Virus genome (UHGV): UHGV-0181014
Origin: a virus
DNA length: 14,759 nt
Reading direction: 5' to 3' (one strand)
A program made the position numbers and the translations under genes. The notes below the pieces were generated by a model. That model searched no databases. It saw nothing but the letters and a program-made list of their open reading frames with translations, and was not told the DNA's origin. Positions 1-7,288 of the stretch are shown one piece after another (positions within the stretch are counted from its first letter, which is position 1; every line of letters begins with the position of its first letter).

Positions 1-5
1 ATTTT

Positions 6-54
6 TGGTCGGCACGAGAGGATTTGAACCTCCGACCCCCGACACCCCATGACG
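6..54 (-). other. Prophage attachment-site core: truncated 3' end (49 nt) of a tRNA-Pro(GGG)-like gene, not a complete tRNA
   Basis: Reverse complement of 6-54 reads CGTCATGGGGTGTCGGGGGTCGGAGGTTCAAATCCTCTCGTGCCGACCA, i.e. anticodon loop, T-arm (GGTTCAAATCC), acceptor 3' strand and CCA of enterobacterial tRNA-Pro(GGG) as I recall it. The matching 5' acceptor strand (CGGCACG) and D-arm are absent from 55-90, so only the 3' part is present, as expected for an att direct repeat at a prophage/chromosome junction. Confidence 0.7.
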
Positions 55-378
55 CCGCTTGTAAAACGCTGAGAACCGTACCATTGCTGGTGGTAGGTAC
101 TATTCATATGTATAAACAAACAGTGCTTTTTTAGCAAAATCTGCTCTATATACATCAATGACTTAGGCGATGGTTTCTCCCCATTCTATTTAAGTGGAAT
201 AACTCAAAGAATCTGTTAGTTTTTCAAGGCGTGATAAAAGTAACAGTATGAGTTTGCAGATAAAAAATTTAGGTGATTTTCGATCAATGTCATAGCTTGG
301 CACTTGGCCGAGTTTAAACTGCATGGGATAACCACACTTTAGCTGCTGTGTGATGGAGTCTCATAAAAGGTGATAATA

Positions 379-1479
379 ATGTGCAATGTTGACGATACAG
401 CTCCCGATACTCAACCACCTCTCGAACTAAGCCAGGATGTGCAGGCGCTGATCAACAACGGTTTGGACTTTCTGGATAAAGCCCGTGAAGAATTGGAAGC
501 ATCAAAGCCTAAGTTCTCCGTCGTCAGCTTCTGGACGGCAGTAGAGATTTTACTAAAAGTACCTCTTGCGCATGAACACTGGTCGTTGGTCTGCAGTCCA
601 AAGAAACCAATAAAAAAGCAGGACTACTTAGCTGGTGATTTTCAGTCTGTGACCTATGAAGAAACTCGTAGTAGGCTTAAGGATGTACTTGAAAAACCAC
701 TAGATAAGGAAACGGATAGTGCTTTTGATAAGGTCAGAAAGCACCGCAACCGCGTGGTTCATTTCTACCATCCAACTTTTACTGCAGATGAACAGCGCCA
801 GATACTCAAAGAACAAGCGGATGCTTGGTTTGCTCTGAACAGGTTATTAAGGGAAGAATGGAAAGTCATTTTTGGAGTCAAACATAATTGGACGCTTGCT
901 TTTGGTGAGACTCGATTAATTAGGGGAAATGAATTTTATGCCCAAGTGCGGCTTAATCAGGTTAAACCTGAATTAGAATCTCTTGCAGAAAAGGGCATGC
1001 TAATTGGTACTTGTAATGAGTGCCATCAGCGTTCGTTAGTAACGGACACTAAAATAATTGGTAATGAAAAACGTGAACTTGAAGTTACGCGATGTAAGGT
1101 TTGCACTAGTGTTTTACGGCAAATTAATCTAGTTTGTCCCGACTGTGGGGAAGTTCAATTGCTTCAGGAGGGGGATGATGTTTTTGAATGTAGACGCTGC
1201 AACTACGCTCGGAGTAGATATGATTTGCTAGATGAGGAAATATTCCATAGTGTGGATGAACAGCTTCTCTCTGCATTTCCTGCTGGATGTACCAACTGCA
1301 TGAACCCTGAAAGTGTATGCAAATTTGGCGAAGGCTATCTCTGTACTCGGTGTTTATCCTATTACACTGAAATTCAGCAATGTAATAGTTGCAACCACTT
1401 GAGCGATAGTGTTCCTGAATTTAGTCATATTCGAGGATGTGAATTTTGTGATGGCGACCAGCGTTATTTTGATGACTGA
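379..1479 (+). CDS. Hypothetical protein: N-terminal HEPN-like domain (R-x4-H motif) fused to four C-terminal CxxC...CxxC zinc-ribbon modules; candidate defence/toxin cargo gene
   Basis: Long ORF 370-1479; preferred ATG at 379 preceded by AAAGG (366-370). Motif RKHRNRVVH (DNA ~736-762) fits the Rx4-6H HEPN signature. C-terminal ~150 aa carry eight CxxC pairs (CNEC/CKVC, CPDC/CRRC, CTNC/CTRC, CNSC/CEFC). GC roughly 40 percent, lower than the prophage backbone. Function is inference only. Confidence 0.6.
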   Translation: MCNVDDTAPDTQPPLELSQDVQALINNGLDFLDKAREELEASKPKFSVVSFWTAVEILLKVPLAHEHWSLVCSPKKPIKKQDYLAGDFQSVTYEETRSRLKDVLEKPLDKETDSAFDKVRKHRNRVVHFYHPTFTADEQRQILKEQADAWFALNRLLREEWKVIFGVKHNWTLAFGETRLIRGNEFYAQVRLNQVKPELESLAEKGMLIGTCNECHQRSLVTDTKIIGNEKRELEVTRCKVCTSVLRQINLVCPDCGEVQLLQEGDDVFECRRCNYARSRYDLLDEEIFHSVDEQLLSAFPAGCTNCMNPESVCKFGEGYLCTRCLSYYTEIQQCNSCNHLSDSVPEFSHIRGCEFCDGDQRYFDD

Positions 1480-1639
1480 ATGGCTATACATAATCTAGGC
1501 CTGTACGGTAGCTATCTTTTGATGGGCGATCCTTACGTAATGTTAGAATTGCATGGCACAGAGCTTCCGTAAGAGGATATTTAGCTTTGTGCCATAGCAG
1601 GGGTCTGAACAAATATTAAAAATGTCTAATAAGATAGTA

Positions 1640-2818
1640 CTAACTAGCTTTAATTTCTCCATGAGGAACTACGACCCAATCGATATGATTTTGGGTATAG
1701 ATCTTTGTTGATTTCGCATCACTATGTGCCATTCGTCCTTGCGGATCGATACCCTGCTGATCGAAAAGATGCGCTGCCAGCGCTCTAATTTCATGAAAGG
1801 TTGGTCTTTCGTCCATCGATAGATGGTCGCATAAACCTAGCTTGTCACGCGTAGCTGAAAATGACCGACTCAAATAGTCCGGTGCAACTTGACTAGGGTG
1901 TGAAACCTCTTTGCTGCGTTTAATCTGCCGTTCAGGGATCCTGTGAACGACAAACGGACTGGCCACATTATCTCGGCTATCGTCTATTATCCGTTTCAAC
2001 TCTTCCCCAATCGGGATTGCAACGTGAGATGCCTCTTTTTTTTGCACTTTCTGCCTGTGGATGTAGAGAGTCCCATAAATACCGTTTTCTGGTTGCGCTA
2101 ACCATACGCACCCGCAGATACCGTCTTTTGGCTCTCTTATGGAGTAACGGATCCGTGAGACCTCCAATCGTGCGTGTGTTGTCTGCAATGCCAAATCCAT
2201 AGCGGTTCGTAACCATGGTTCGGCTGCGCGCCTGATGGCTTTAAAGTTATCAAGTGAAAGGCGCTGGCGCTTCTTCTCTTCTGTCCTACGCATTTTTTTA
2301 CGGGTTGCCGGGTTATCGAACATTAGTGATTCATCGACCGCATAGGAAAATAATTTTTTAAGAAAGCTGACTTTCCTGTTTTGTACGTTTGCTGATGCTT
2401 CGGCATGGTAGTGGTTTATATAGGCGTTCACATGCTCCAGCTCAATATCGCAAGCTGGTATGTTGATGAAGAATTCTTTTACCCTCAGAGCATCGTTGTT
2501 CCAATCGTCGAGTGTATTCTGTGAAGGGCGCTCATTCTCAATCGCCCGCTCCATAATATGATCTACGTGTTCAGCAAATGGTTTTGCTTCCCCAGTTACA
2601 CCGCCAGATTCACGGACAAGTATTTCTACTGAAGGTACATTTTCAGGTCTCATTCTTAGGTTGTATTCACGGGCTATAGCGATCGCTACAGCCCTGTCTT
2701 TACCAATATTCTTTTTTTTCCCAGTTATGAGCGTAAATTTATAAACGCCGCGATCTTTATCGAATATTAGATATTCGGGTAGATGGCGGTATTCTCTTTT
2801 TCTTGGCCTGGCTGCCAT
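1640..2818 (-). CDS. int: Lambda-family tyrosine integrase
   Basis: 392-aa ORF. N-terminus MAARPRKREYRHLPEYLIF...GKDRAVAIAIAREYN parallels lambda Int arm-binding N-terminus (MGRRRSHERRDLPPNLYIR...GRDRRIAITEA). C-terminus PTFHEIRALAAHLF...HSDAKSTKIYTQ parallels lambda Int PPTFHELRSLSARLY...HKSDTMASQY with the catalytic tyrosine. Lies next to the tRNA-derived att core and is preceded by xis. Confidence 0.9.
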   Translation of the reverse strand: MAARPRKREYRHLPEYLIFDKDRGVYKFTLITGKKKNIGKDRAVAIAIAREYNLRMRPENVPSVEILVRESGGVTGEAKPFAEHVDHIMERAIENERPSQNTLDDWNNDALRVKEFFINIPACDIELEHVNAYINHYHAEASANVQNRKVSFLKKLFSYAVDESLMFDNPATRKKMRRTEEKKRQRLSLDNFKAIRRAAEPWLRTAMDLALQTTHARLEVSRIRYSIREPKDGICGCVWLAQPENGIYGTLYIHRQKVQKKEASHVAIPIGEELKRIIDDSRDNVASPFVVHRIPERQIKRSKEVSHPSQVAPDYLSRSFSATRDKLGLCDHLSMDERPTFHEIRALAAHLFDQQGIDPQGRMAHSDAKSTKIYTQNHIDWVVVPHGEIKAS

Positions 2819-2820
2819 GG

Positions 2821-3030
2821 TTAACCCTCACTGATAAGCTGGCGAACCGTATGATTAACCATTGAGTCGACCCCCCATTTTTCAGACTCGCAGACCCAAA
2901 CAGATCCGTCTACGATTTTGCCTGTGAGAAGTCCGTTTTCAACCCAACGTTTAATGGTTCGATTATCCGGGATCGAGTCTTTGGTAAATTCGCGTTTACC
3001 CCATTGACTCGCCTTCATAAGTTTTGCCAT
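2821..3030 (-). CDS. xis: Excisionase (lambda Xis-like)
   Basis: 69-aa ORF immediately upstream of int with a 2-nt gap. Motif TIKRWVENGLL...GKIVDGSVWV resembles lambda Xis (TVRRWVRE...KDGREYL). GGAGAG RBS 6 nt before the ATG. Confidence 0.75.
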   Translation of the reverse strand: MAKLMKASQWGKREFTKDSIPDNRTIKRWVENGLLTGKIVDGSVWVCESEKWGVDSMVNHTVRQLISEG

Positions 3031-3119
3031 GACAGACTCTCCATACAGCCCGGCTGCACCCGGGCTTTAATATAAAACGATTGTGCTTTTAATATATAAA
3101 GAATTGCCTAATTGTTTAA

Positions 3120-4358
3120 TTACTTTTTCATCACCTTTTCAGCAACACCAGCAATTGCCTCAAGTCCATCAAACATTGCTGGTATATTATTTTCATTGTT
3201 TTGTATTGGACTAAAAATAAGAGCATCAAAAGAGTCTAAAACTTTCTCAATAGCAATGTTATTTTTTCTTCTATATTCAACATACCCATCAATGAAAGCA
3301 CATAAGCTGAGCCTTAGATCAATCTGCATAAGTTGAGTTCTTAAAGCCTTCGCTTCTAAATATGAAAGTCTGAAAAAATAAATAATTGCCATCTCAATAG
3401 TAATAAATGGGAATAGAATGAAGATCGCTGAATAATCTTTAGGATATAAATCAGGGAAAGAAAAATGGATTATTACAGCAATCACAGGAGCAATGAATAC
3501 AGTCCCAAATAAATTTTTATAATTCATTTCAGTTGTAGAAAGCTCTTTCTCTTTTTTTTCTTTTATTATGTTAAAACCAGAGCTTAACCCAACAAAATTA
3601 TACTCTGATTTTAAATTTCTCACACGCTCCTCTAGTGCCTTAATTTCATCCCTTGATTCATCCACGTATTTTAAATTAGCATCTGCTTCTAGTTTTCCAT
3701 CTACAATAGCTTTTTTAATGTCATTATAATTATCAGATATTAATGATATGGATGCTTTAGTGTCTTTGTTAATTTTATCAATAGCCAAATCTAAGTTGCT
3801 AGAAATTTCATCGAGAAACTTCCGTTTGTTTTCGTCGAGGTCTGATATAAAGTTTCTAGCATCAGTTAGTTTGTTACTGTTTAGTAACCACTTCATAAGT
3901 GAAATAGGTAGTTTGTCTCGAATCCATGAAAATTGGTATTTACCTTCATTATCCTTGAAAGTGTTTTCTAATAATGTCAATTTGCTGTCTGTGATAAAGT
4001 TAGGCGTGATAATGGAACGAGTGCCTGTCCAATAATAGTACTCGTACAATACTCTTAACAAGGTTGACAAAAAATCAATCTTGTCTTTCTTGTAATCGTC
4101 AACTTGAAATTCCATGTGCAACAATATATTGTCTTGATTAAAACCTGTATTCTCATCTAAATGTTGTGGGTTGTTATTTATTATTGATATAAAAGTCGAC
4201 CATGCTGAGTCCAATGTAGTATAGAATAAAGATATGCTATTATCTTTCTTTTTGGCGGATTTCTTGGACATTTCTTCAAACCTAATAAGATCTCTACTAA
4301 TTATAGTATTTGTTTCCTTTATTGAATTAAGTATTTTATTATCGCTATATAGTCCCAT
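3120..4358 (-). CDS. Hypothetical AT-rich membrane-anchored protein (412 aa, two predicted C-terminal TM helices); candidate abortive-infection or superinfection-exclusion cargo gene
   Basis: Uninterrupted 412-codon ORF in a segment of roughly 30 percent GC, against ~50 percent or more in flanking phage genes. Hydrophobic stretches FGTVFIAPVIAVIIHFSF and AIFILFPFITIEMAIIYFF near the C-terminus; coiled-coil-like segment ESRDEIKALEERVRNLKSEY. AAAAAGG RBS before the ATG at 4358. No recognisable catalytic motif. Confidence 0.7.
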   Translation of the reverse strand: MGLYSDNKILNSIKETNTIISRDLIRFEEMSKKSAKKKDNSISLFYTTLDSAWSTFISIINNNPQHLDENTGFNQDNILLHMEFQVDDYKKDKIDFLSTLLRVLYEYYYWTGTRSIITPNFITDSKLTLLENTFKDNEGKYQFSWIRDKLPISLMKWLLNSNKLTDARNFISDLDENKRKFLDEISSNLDLAIDKINKDTKASISLISDNYNDIKKAIVDGKLEADANLKYVDESRDEIKALEERVRNLKSEYNFVGLSSGFNIIKEKKEKELSTTEMNYKNLFGTVFIAPVIAVIIHFSFPDLYPKDYSAIFILFPFITIEMAIIYFFRLSYLEAKALRTQLMQIDLRLSLCAFIDGYVEYRRKNNIAIEKVLDSFDALIFSPIQNNENNIPAMFDGLEAIAGVAEKVMKK

Positions 4359-4439
4359 TTCTATACCTTTTTAAATATTATTATGTTTCATTGAGTGATG
4401 AGATATTTTACGATCAATTTTCCGGTTTTGCTTCATAAA

Positions 4440-4466
4440 ATCCCCACCCTTTCTAAGGAAGGGGAT
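4440..4466 (-). terminator. Putative intrinsic terminator downstream of the 275-aa early-left gene
   Basis: On the minus strand, imperfect GC-rich hairpin (GATCCCCTTCCTTAGAAAGGGTGGGGA) followed by UUUUAU, starting 10 nt after the stop of CDS 4476-5303. It would insulate the AT-rich cargo gene from early-left transcription. Confidence 0.4.
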
Positions 4467-4475
4467 CTAAATCTC

Positions 4476-5303
4476 TTATGGTTTAAATATTCCGATGAAA
4501 GTGTCCACTGATTCACCCTCGAACTTGCTGATCAGCAAATTGCGGAATTCGTTGGCGATCTCTTCTTCCTGGGCTTCAAGTTGGACGATGCGCAGAACAA
4601 AGCAGGGTTCATCGCTGGTCAGCAGGCTGTTACGCAAACTAAAGCGGCGTTCGCCCATACCTTCATACGGCACACATTTGAACTCGAACGCCACAGGCAT
4701 TACGTCTTTGCTGCTTGCTTCAACGCTTTGCATCAGGGATTTTTTACCAGCGAAATCACCAGTTTCATGGTCCTGCTGGGTTGCTTGCTGGATAGTGATA
4801 CGACGTACAGCCTGAGCTGCCTGGGAAATCTGCATCGTATTGCCATCAGCATCAAACGCCAGCAGGTAATCGCTCCAGTCTTCCAGCCATTCAGCGATTT
4901 GCTTTTGCTTCAGACGTTGACCGTCGATCTGCAGTAGCGCACGGAACGGGGCGGTTTTCTTTAGGGTGATTGAAGCAACGTTATCGGCGTGACCGGGATT
5001 ATCCAGGGTGCCGATGTTGAACACTGAACGAGCGGTCATGTTGTCAGCATCAATGAAGCAACGGGCTGGATCGCTGGCGCTGGCGTAACCTTTAGAATAA
5101 CGTGCGAAGTCGTCAATACTGGTTGTGGTCATTGCGCCACGGAAGCGGAAACGCTCCAGAGAAAAGCGCTCAAGGCTTTCAACGCCAGTACCTTCTGGCA
5201 ATAATGCGGTCGGGCAAGCCAGGTCCTGAATATCATTCAGGTGATAACCGGAAAGAACCAGGTCTTTGACCTGCTTGAAGGTACCGCTGTCTAACTGAGA
5301 CAT
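4476..5303 (-). CDS. Conserved prophage early-left protein, possibly YfdQ-like (DUF2303 family)
   Basis: 275-aa ORF with TAAGGAA RBS. Size and N-terminus (MSQLD...) match my recollection of E. coli CPS-53 YfdQ (274 aa); family assignment is from memory, not a search. Confidence 0.7.
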   Translation of the reverse strand: MSQLDSGTFKQVKDLVLSGYHLNDIQDLACPTALLPEGTGVESLERFSLERFRFRGAMTTTSIDDFARYSKGYASASDPARCFIDADNMTARSVFNIGTLDNPGHADNVASITLKKTAPFRALLQIDGQRLKQKQIAEWLEDWSDYLLAFDADGNTMQISQAAQAVRRITIQQATQQDHETGDFAGKKSLMQSVEASSKDVMPVAFEFKCVPYEGMGERRFSLRNSLLTSDEPCFVLRIVQLEAQEEEIANEFRNLLISKFEGESVDTFIGIFKP

Positions 5304-5359
5304 AAAAATTCCTTATTAACTGATGATCAAAGTGGTATCAGTGAGTTTGTTGTTGCGGA

Positions 5360-5731
5360 TCACTGAGCCGCTTTAAGCTTTCCATCCACCGCGCCAGTGA
5401 TCCCGAACAGCTGACCCTGATCTTCCTGCAGGATGGTGAGCTTCCCGCCTTTGTTGACCCACATCGGGGTTTCGGTTGTGTCCTCTTCGGATGCTTTACC
5501 ACGCGGTGTTGGGGTGCTGTAGTTCAGCTTGTGCTTGATCTTGACGCGCTTCTCTTCAACGGAATTACCCATGCGCTCAAAATCAAATGTGAGGACTACT
5601 TTGCCTTTGTTGCCGTTGTTCAGAACGCCAAGTGCGGTGGTATTAAGTGCTGCCGCGATTTTGTTCATGAACACGCCGGCATCCAGTTCGCCAAGAAAAT
5701 CTGGCACTACGGTCATGCGGTCATTACTCAT
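5360..5731 (-). CDS. Conserved small prophage protein (possibly YfdP-like), 124 aa
   Basis: Six-frame ORF 5360-5818 begins with TTG. The first ATG (5729-5731) has a strong GAGGG RBS 6 nt upstream, giving MSNDRMTVVPDFL.... It lies immediately upstream of, and co-oriented with, the YfdQ-like gene. Confidence 0.6.
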   Translation of the reverse strand: MSNDRMTVVPDFLGELDAGVFMNKIAAALNTTALGVLNNGNKGKVVLTFDFERMGNSVEEKRVKIKHKLNYSTPTPRGKASEEDTTETPMWVNKGGKLTILQEDQGQLFGITGAVDGKLKAAQ

Positions 5732-6236
5732 GGTTTTACCCTCGTTATGGCGGCTGCCACCGCCGAACTTTCTCCATACACAACAGAGAAGGGCACCTGC
5801 ATTTGTCGGCGACTGCAATCGCCATCCTCTTGCCCTGGTGGATTGGGTTATGAGCCCGTCGCCCGGTGATGCCCTTTTCTGTTGTGCCCTGAAAAAGGCT
5901 GGCGGTTACCGGACAAATGGGAAAACACCGGGCCGCCAGAACAGGGAGTTACTTGTTATTGCTTTGGCCTGCTTTTAACCACATCAGGCGCGGTGGTAGG
6001 TATCTTCGGGCGGGGTGCTAAGGGGGTGATTAGCCCTTGACCTTAACACTCCTGCTGGTTTTGGTATTCCTGGTTTGGGTATCGCCACCAGCTATAGGAA
6101 TTTGACTACGAGCTGCGGTTAATCAGGCCGCGCCTCTGTTACCCCTCCCGAAGACACCTGTCAGCGAATCATCCGGTTATTCATATGCCACCGGCGGCTA
6201 CTTCGTGGGCGTCCTGCCTGTTCGCTGTTGATGAAT

Positions 6237-6300
6237 AAAATCTAACTTAACTTAGCTTTTAGATCAAGAAAAAACACCAAACTATTCTTAGCTTGATGTT
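6237..6300 (-). promoter_or_regulatory. Putative oL/pL: operator repeats and leftward early promoter just downstream of the repressor gene
   Basis: CTAACTTAACTTAG (6243-6256) has the same CTAA-N6-TTAG form as CTAATCAAACTTAG in the cI-cro intergenic region. The 10-mer AATCTAACTT occurs here and, inverted, at 7002-7011. Minus-strand -35 TTGATC, 17-nt spacer, -10 TAGATT overlaps these repeats. Confidence 0.4.
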
Positions 6301-6321
6301 AAGAGGAAGGTTAGAGGTGGG

Positions 6322-6948
6322 TTAAAGCTCGTACTGAACGCCTTTGACAACGCCGATGATCAGGCAATTACCGTTAATTGAAATGTTTGGATAGCGTGGA
6401 TTTAAGGGAACTAAGAACTTTTGAGGCCCGTCGATGACAAGTTTTTTTACAGTAGCCTCGTTTGTCCCATCAAGCCTGGCTACGACTATCTTTCCATGAA
6501 GTGGCTCTGCATCTGGATCTACTATGACTGTTGCCCCTTCAGGGATTGTCGGGAGGCCATTAGGGTTTGTCATCGAATCACCTTTAACCTCCAATGCAAA
6601 GGAGCTATCCCCTATGCGGAGTGATGTCTCTATCCACTTATCTACTTCGCTGAAAACTTCTGCTGCTTTACATTCTGTAAACTGTCCAGCCTGAACCCAG
6701 GATATCACCGGAATCCTTCGCATCTTGGTTATCAGATTGCCTTCAAATTCAGTGCCATAAAGTATGTAATCAATTGATGTGTTGAAATACTTTGCAAGTT
6801 TCGCAAGTGACTCGCCTCCTGGCACATTAACGTCTTTTTCCCAATACCCAACCGCCACATCACTAACACCGCAGAACTTACCCAGTTCTTTCTGCGAGGT
6901 TTTGGTTATGCGCCTGAGAGCTTTGATGCGCTGACCGACAGTTTCCAT
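6322..6948 (-). CDS. CI-like prophage repressor (HTH_XRE N-terminal domain plus S24 LexA-like autopeptidase domain)
   Basis: 208-aa ORF. N-terminal HTH (QKELGKFCGVSDVAVGYWEKDVNVP), a probable Ala-Gly cleavage site (VQAGQF), and the S24 Ser/Lys dyad context (GDSM ... VKKL). Divergent from a Cro-like gene with operator palindromes between them. Confidence 0.85.
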   Translation of the reverse strand: METVGQRIKALRRITKTSQKELGKFCGVSDVAVGYWEKDVNVPGGESLAKLAKYFNTSIDYILYGTEFEGNLITKMRRIPVISWVQAGQFTECKAAEVFSEVDKWIETSLRIGDSSFALEVKGDSMTNPNGLPTIPEGATVIVDPDAEPLHGKIVVARLDGTNEATVKKLVIDGPQKFLVPLNPRYPNISINGNCLIIGVVKGVQYEL

Positions 6949-6974
6949 TTGAACACCATAAATAAATTAAAAGG

Positions 6975-7046
6975 CTAAGCAATCTTAGTTTTTATTGACC
7001 AAAGTTAGATTGGTTATTAATATCTAATCAAACTTAGCTAAGGAGG
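6975..7046. promoter_or_regulatory. oR-like operator cluster with rightward promoter (pR) for the Cro-like gene
   Basis: Inverted repeats built on CTAAG/CTTAG half-sites: CTAAGcaatCTTAG (6975-6988), CTAATcaaaCTTAG (7024-7037), CTTAGCTAAG (7033-7042). Candidate pR: -35 TTGACC (6995-7000), 17-nt spacer, -10 TAATAT (7018-7023). AGGAGG RBS at 7041-7046 before the ATG at 7051. Confidence 0.55.
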
Positions 7047-7050
7047 CGTT

Positions 7051-7278
7051 ATGACAACCGATGATATTGAAAACTACTTCGGCAGTACTGAGAAGGTTGC
7101 CGAATTTTTTGGAATCACAAGCGAGGCTGTTTACCAGTGGCGTAATAGAACTGGTCGCCTTATCCCAAAAGGGCGTGCAGCTGAAGCAGCATATCGAACC
7201 GGGGGGAAATTGGTTTTTCATCCCGACCTTTACGAAAAGCGTAGCGATGCTTCAGTAAAACTCAAACCACAGGAATAA
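7051..7278 (+). CDS. Cro-like small HTH regulator (Cro/YdaS-like)
   Basis: 75-aa ORF divergent from the repressor, strong AGGAGG RBS. Motif AEFFGITSEAVYQWRNRTGRLIP fits the Cro/YdaS-type HTH pattern. Confidence 0.75.
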   Translation: MTTDDIENYFGSTEKVAEFFGITSEAVYQWRNRTGRLIPKGRAAEAAYRTGGKLVFHPDLYEKRSDASVKLKPQE

Positions 7279-7288
7279 GGGGGGAGCT

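Noticed and set aside
55-90. Possible complete tRNA gene at the start of the window
   Set aside because: The 5' acceptor strand needed to pair with CGTGCCG (CGGCACG on the minus strand) and a D-arm are absent; only the 3' 49 nt match tRNA-Pro, so it is an att fragment rather than a functional tRNA.
1977-2216. ORFs 1977-2216 (-) and 2017-2202 (+) inside the integrase gene
   Set aside because: Both lie entirely within the integrase coding region in other frames or on the opposite strand; the integrase frame has clear family signatures, so these are shadow ORFs.
3112-4035. Plus-strand ORFs 3112-3336 and 3748-4035 inside the AT-rich gene
   Set aside because: Antisense to a long uninterrupted 412-codon ORF. 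AT-rich DNA should be dense in stop codons, so the long minus-strand frame is the real one; the antisense products are low-complexity Leu/Ser/Ile-rich.
4495-5978. Plus-strand ORFs 4495-4815, 4581-4937, 5529-5978 and 5531-5869 opposite the early-left genes
   Set aside because: They overlap better-supported minus-strand genes with RBSs; their translations are Ser/Ala/Cys/Arg-rich, typical of antisense frames in GC-rich coding DNA.
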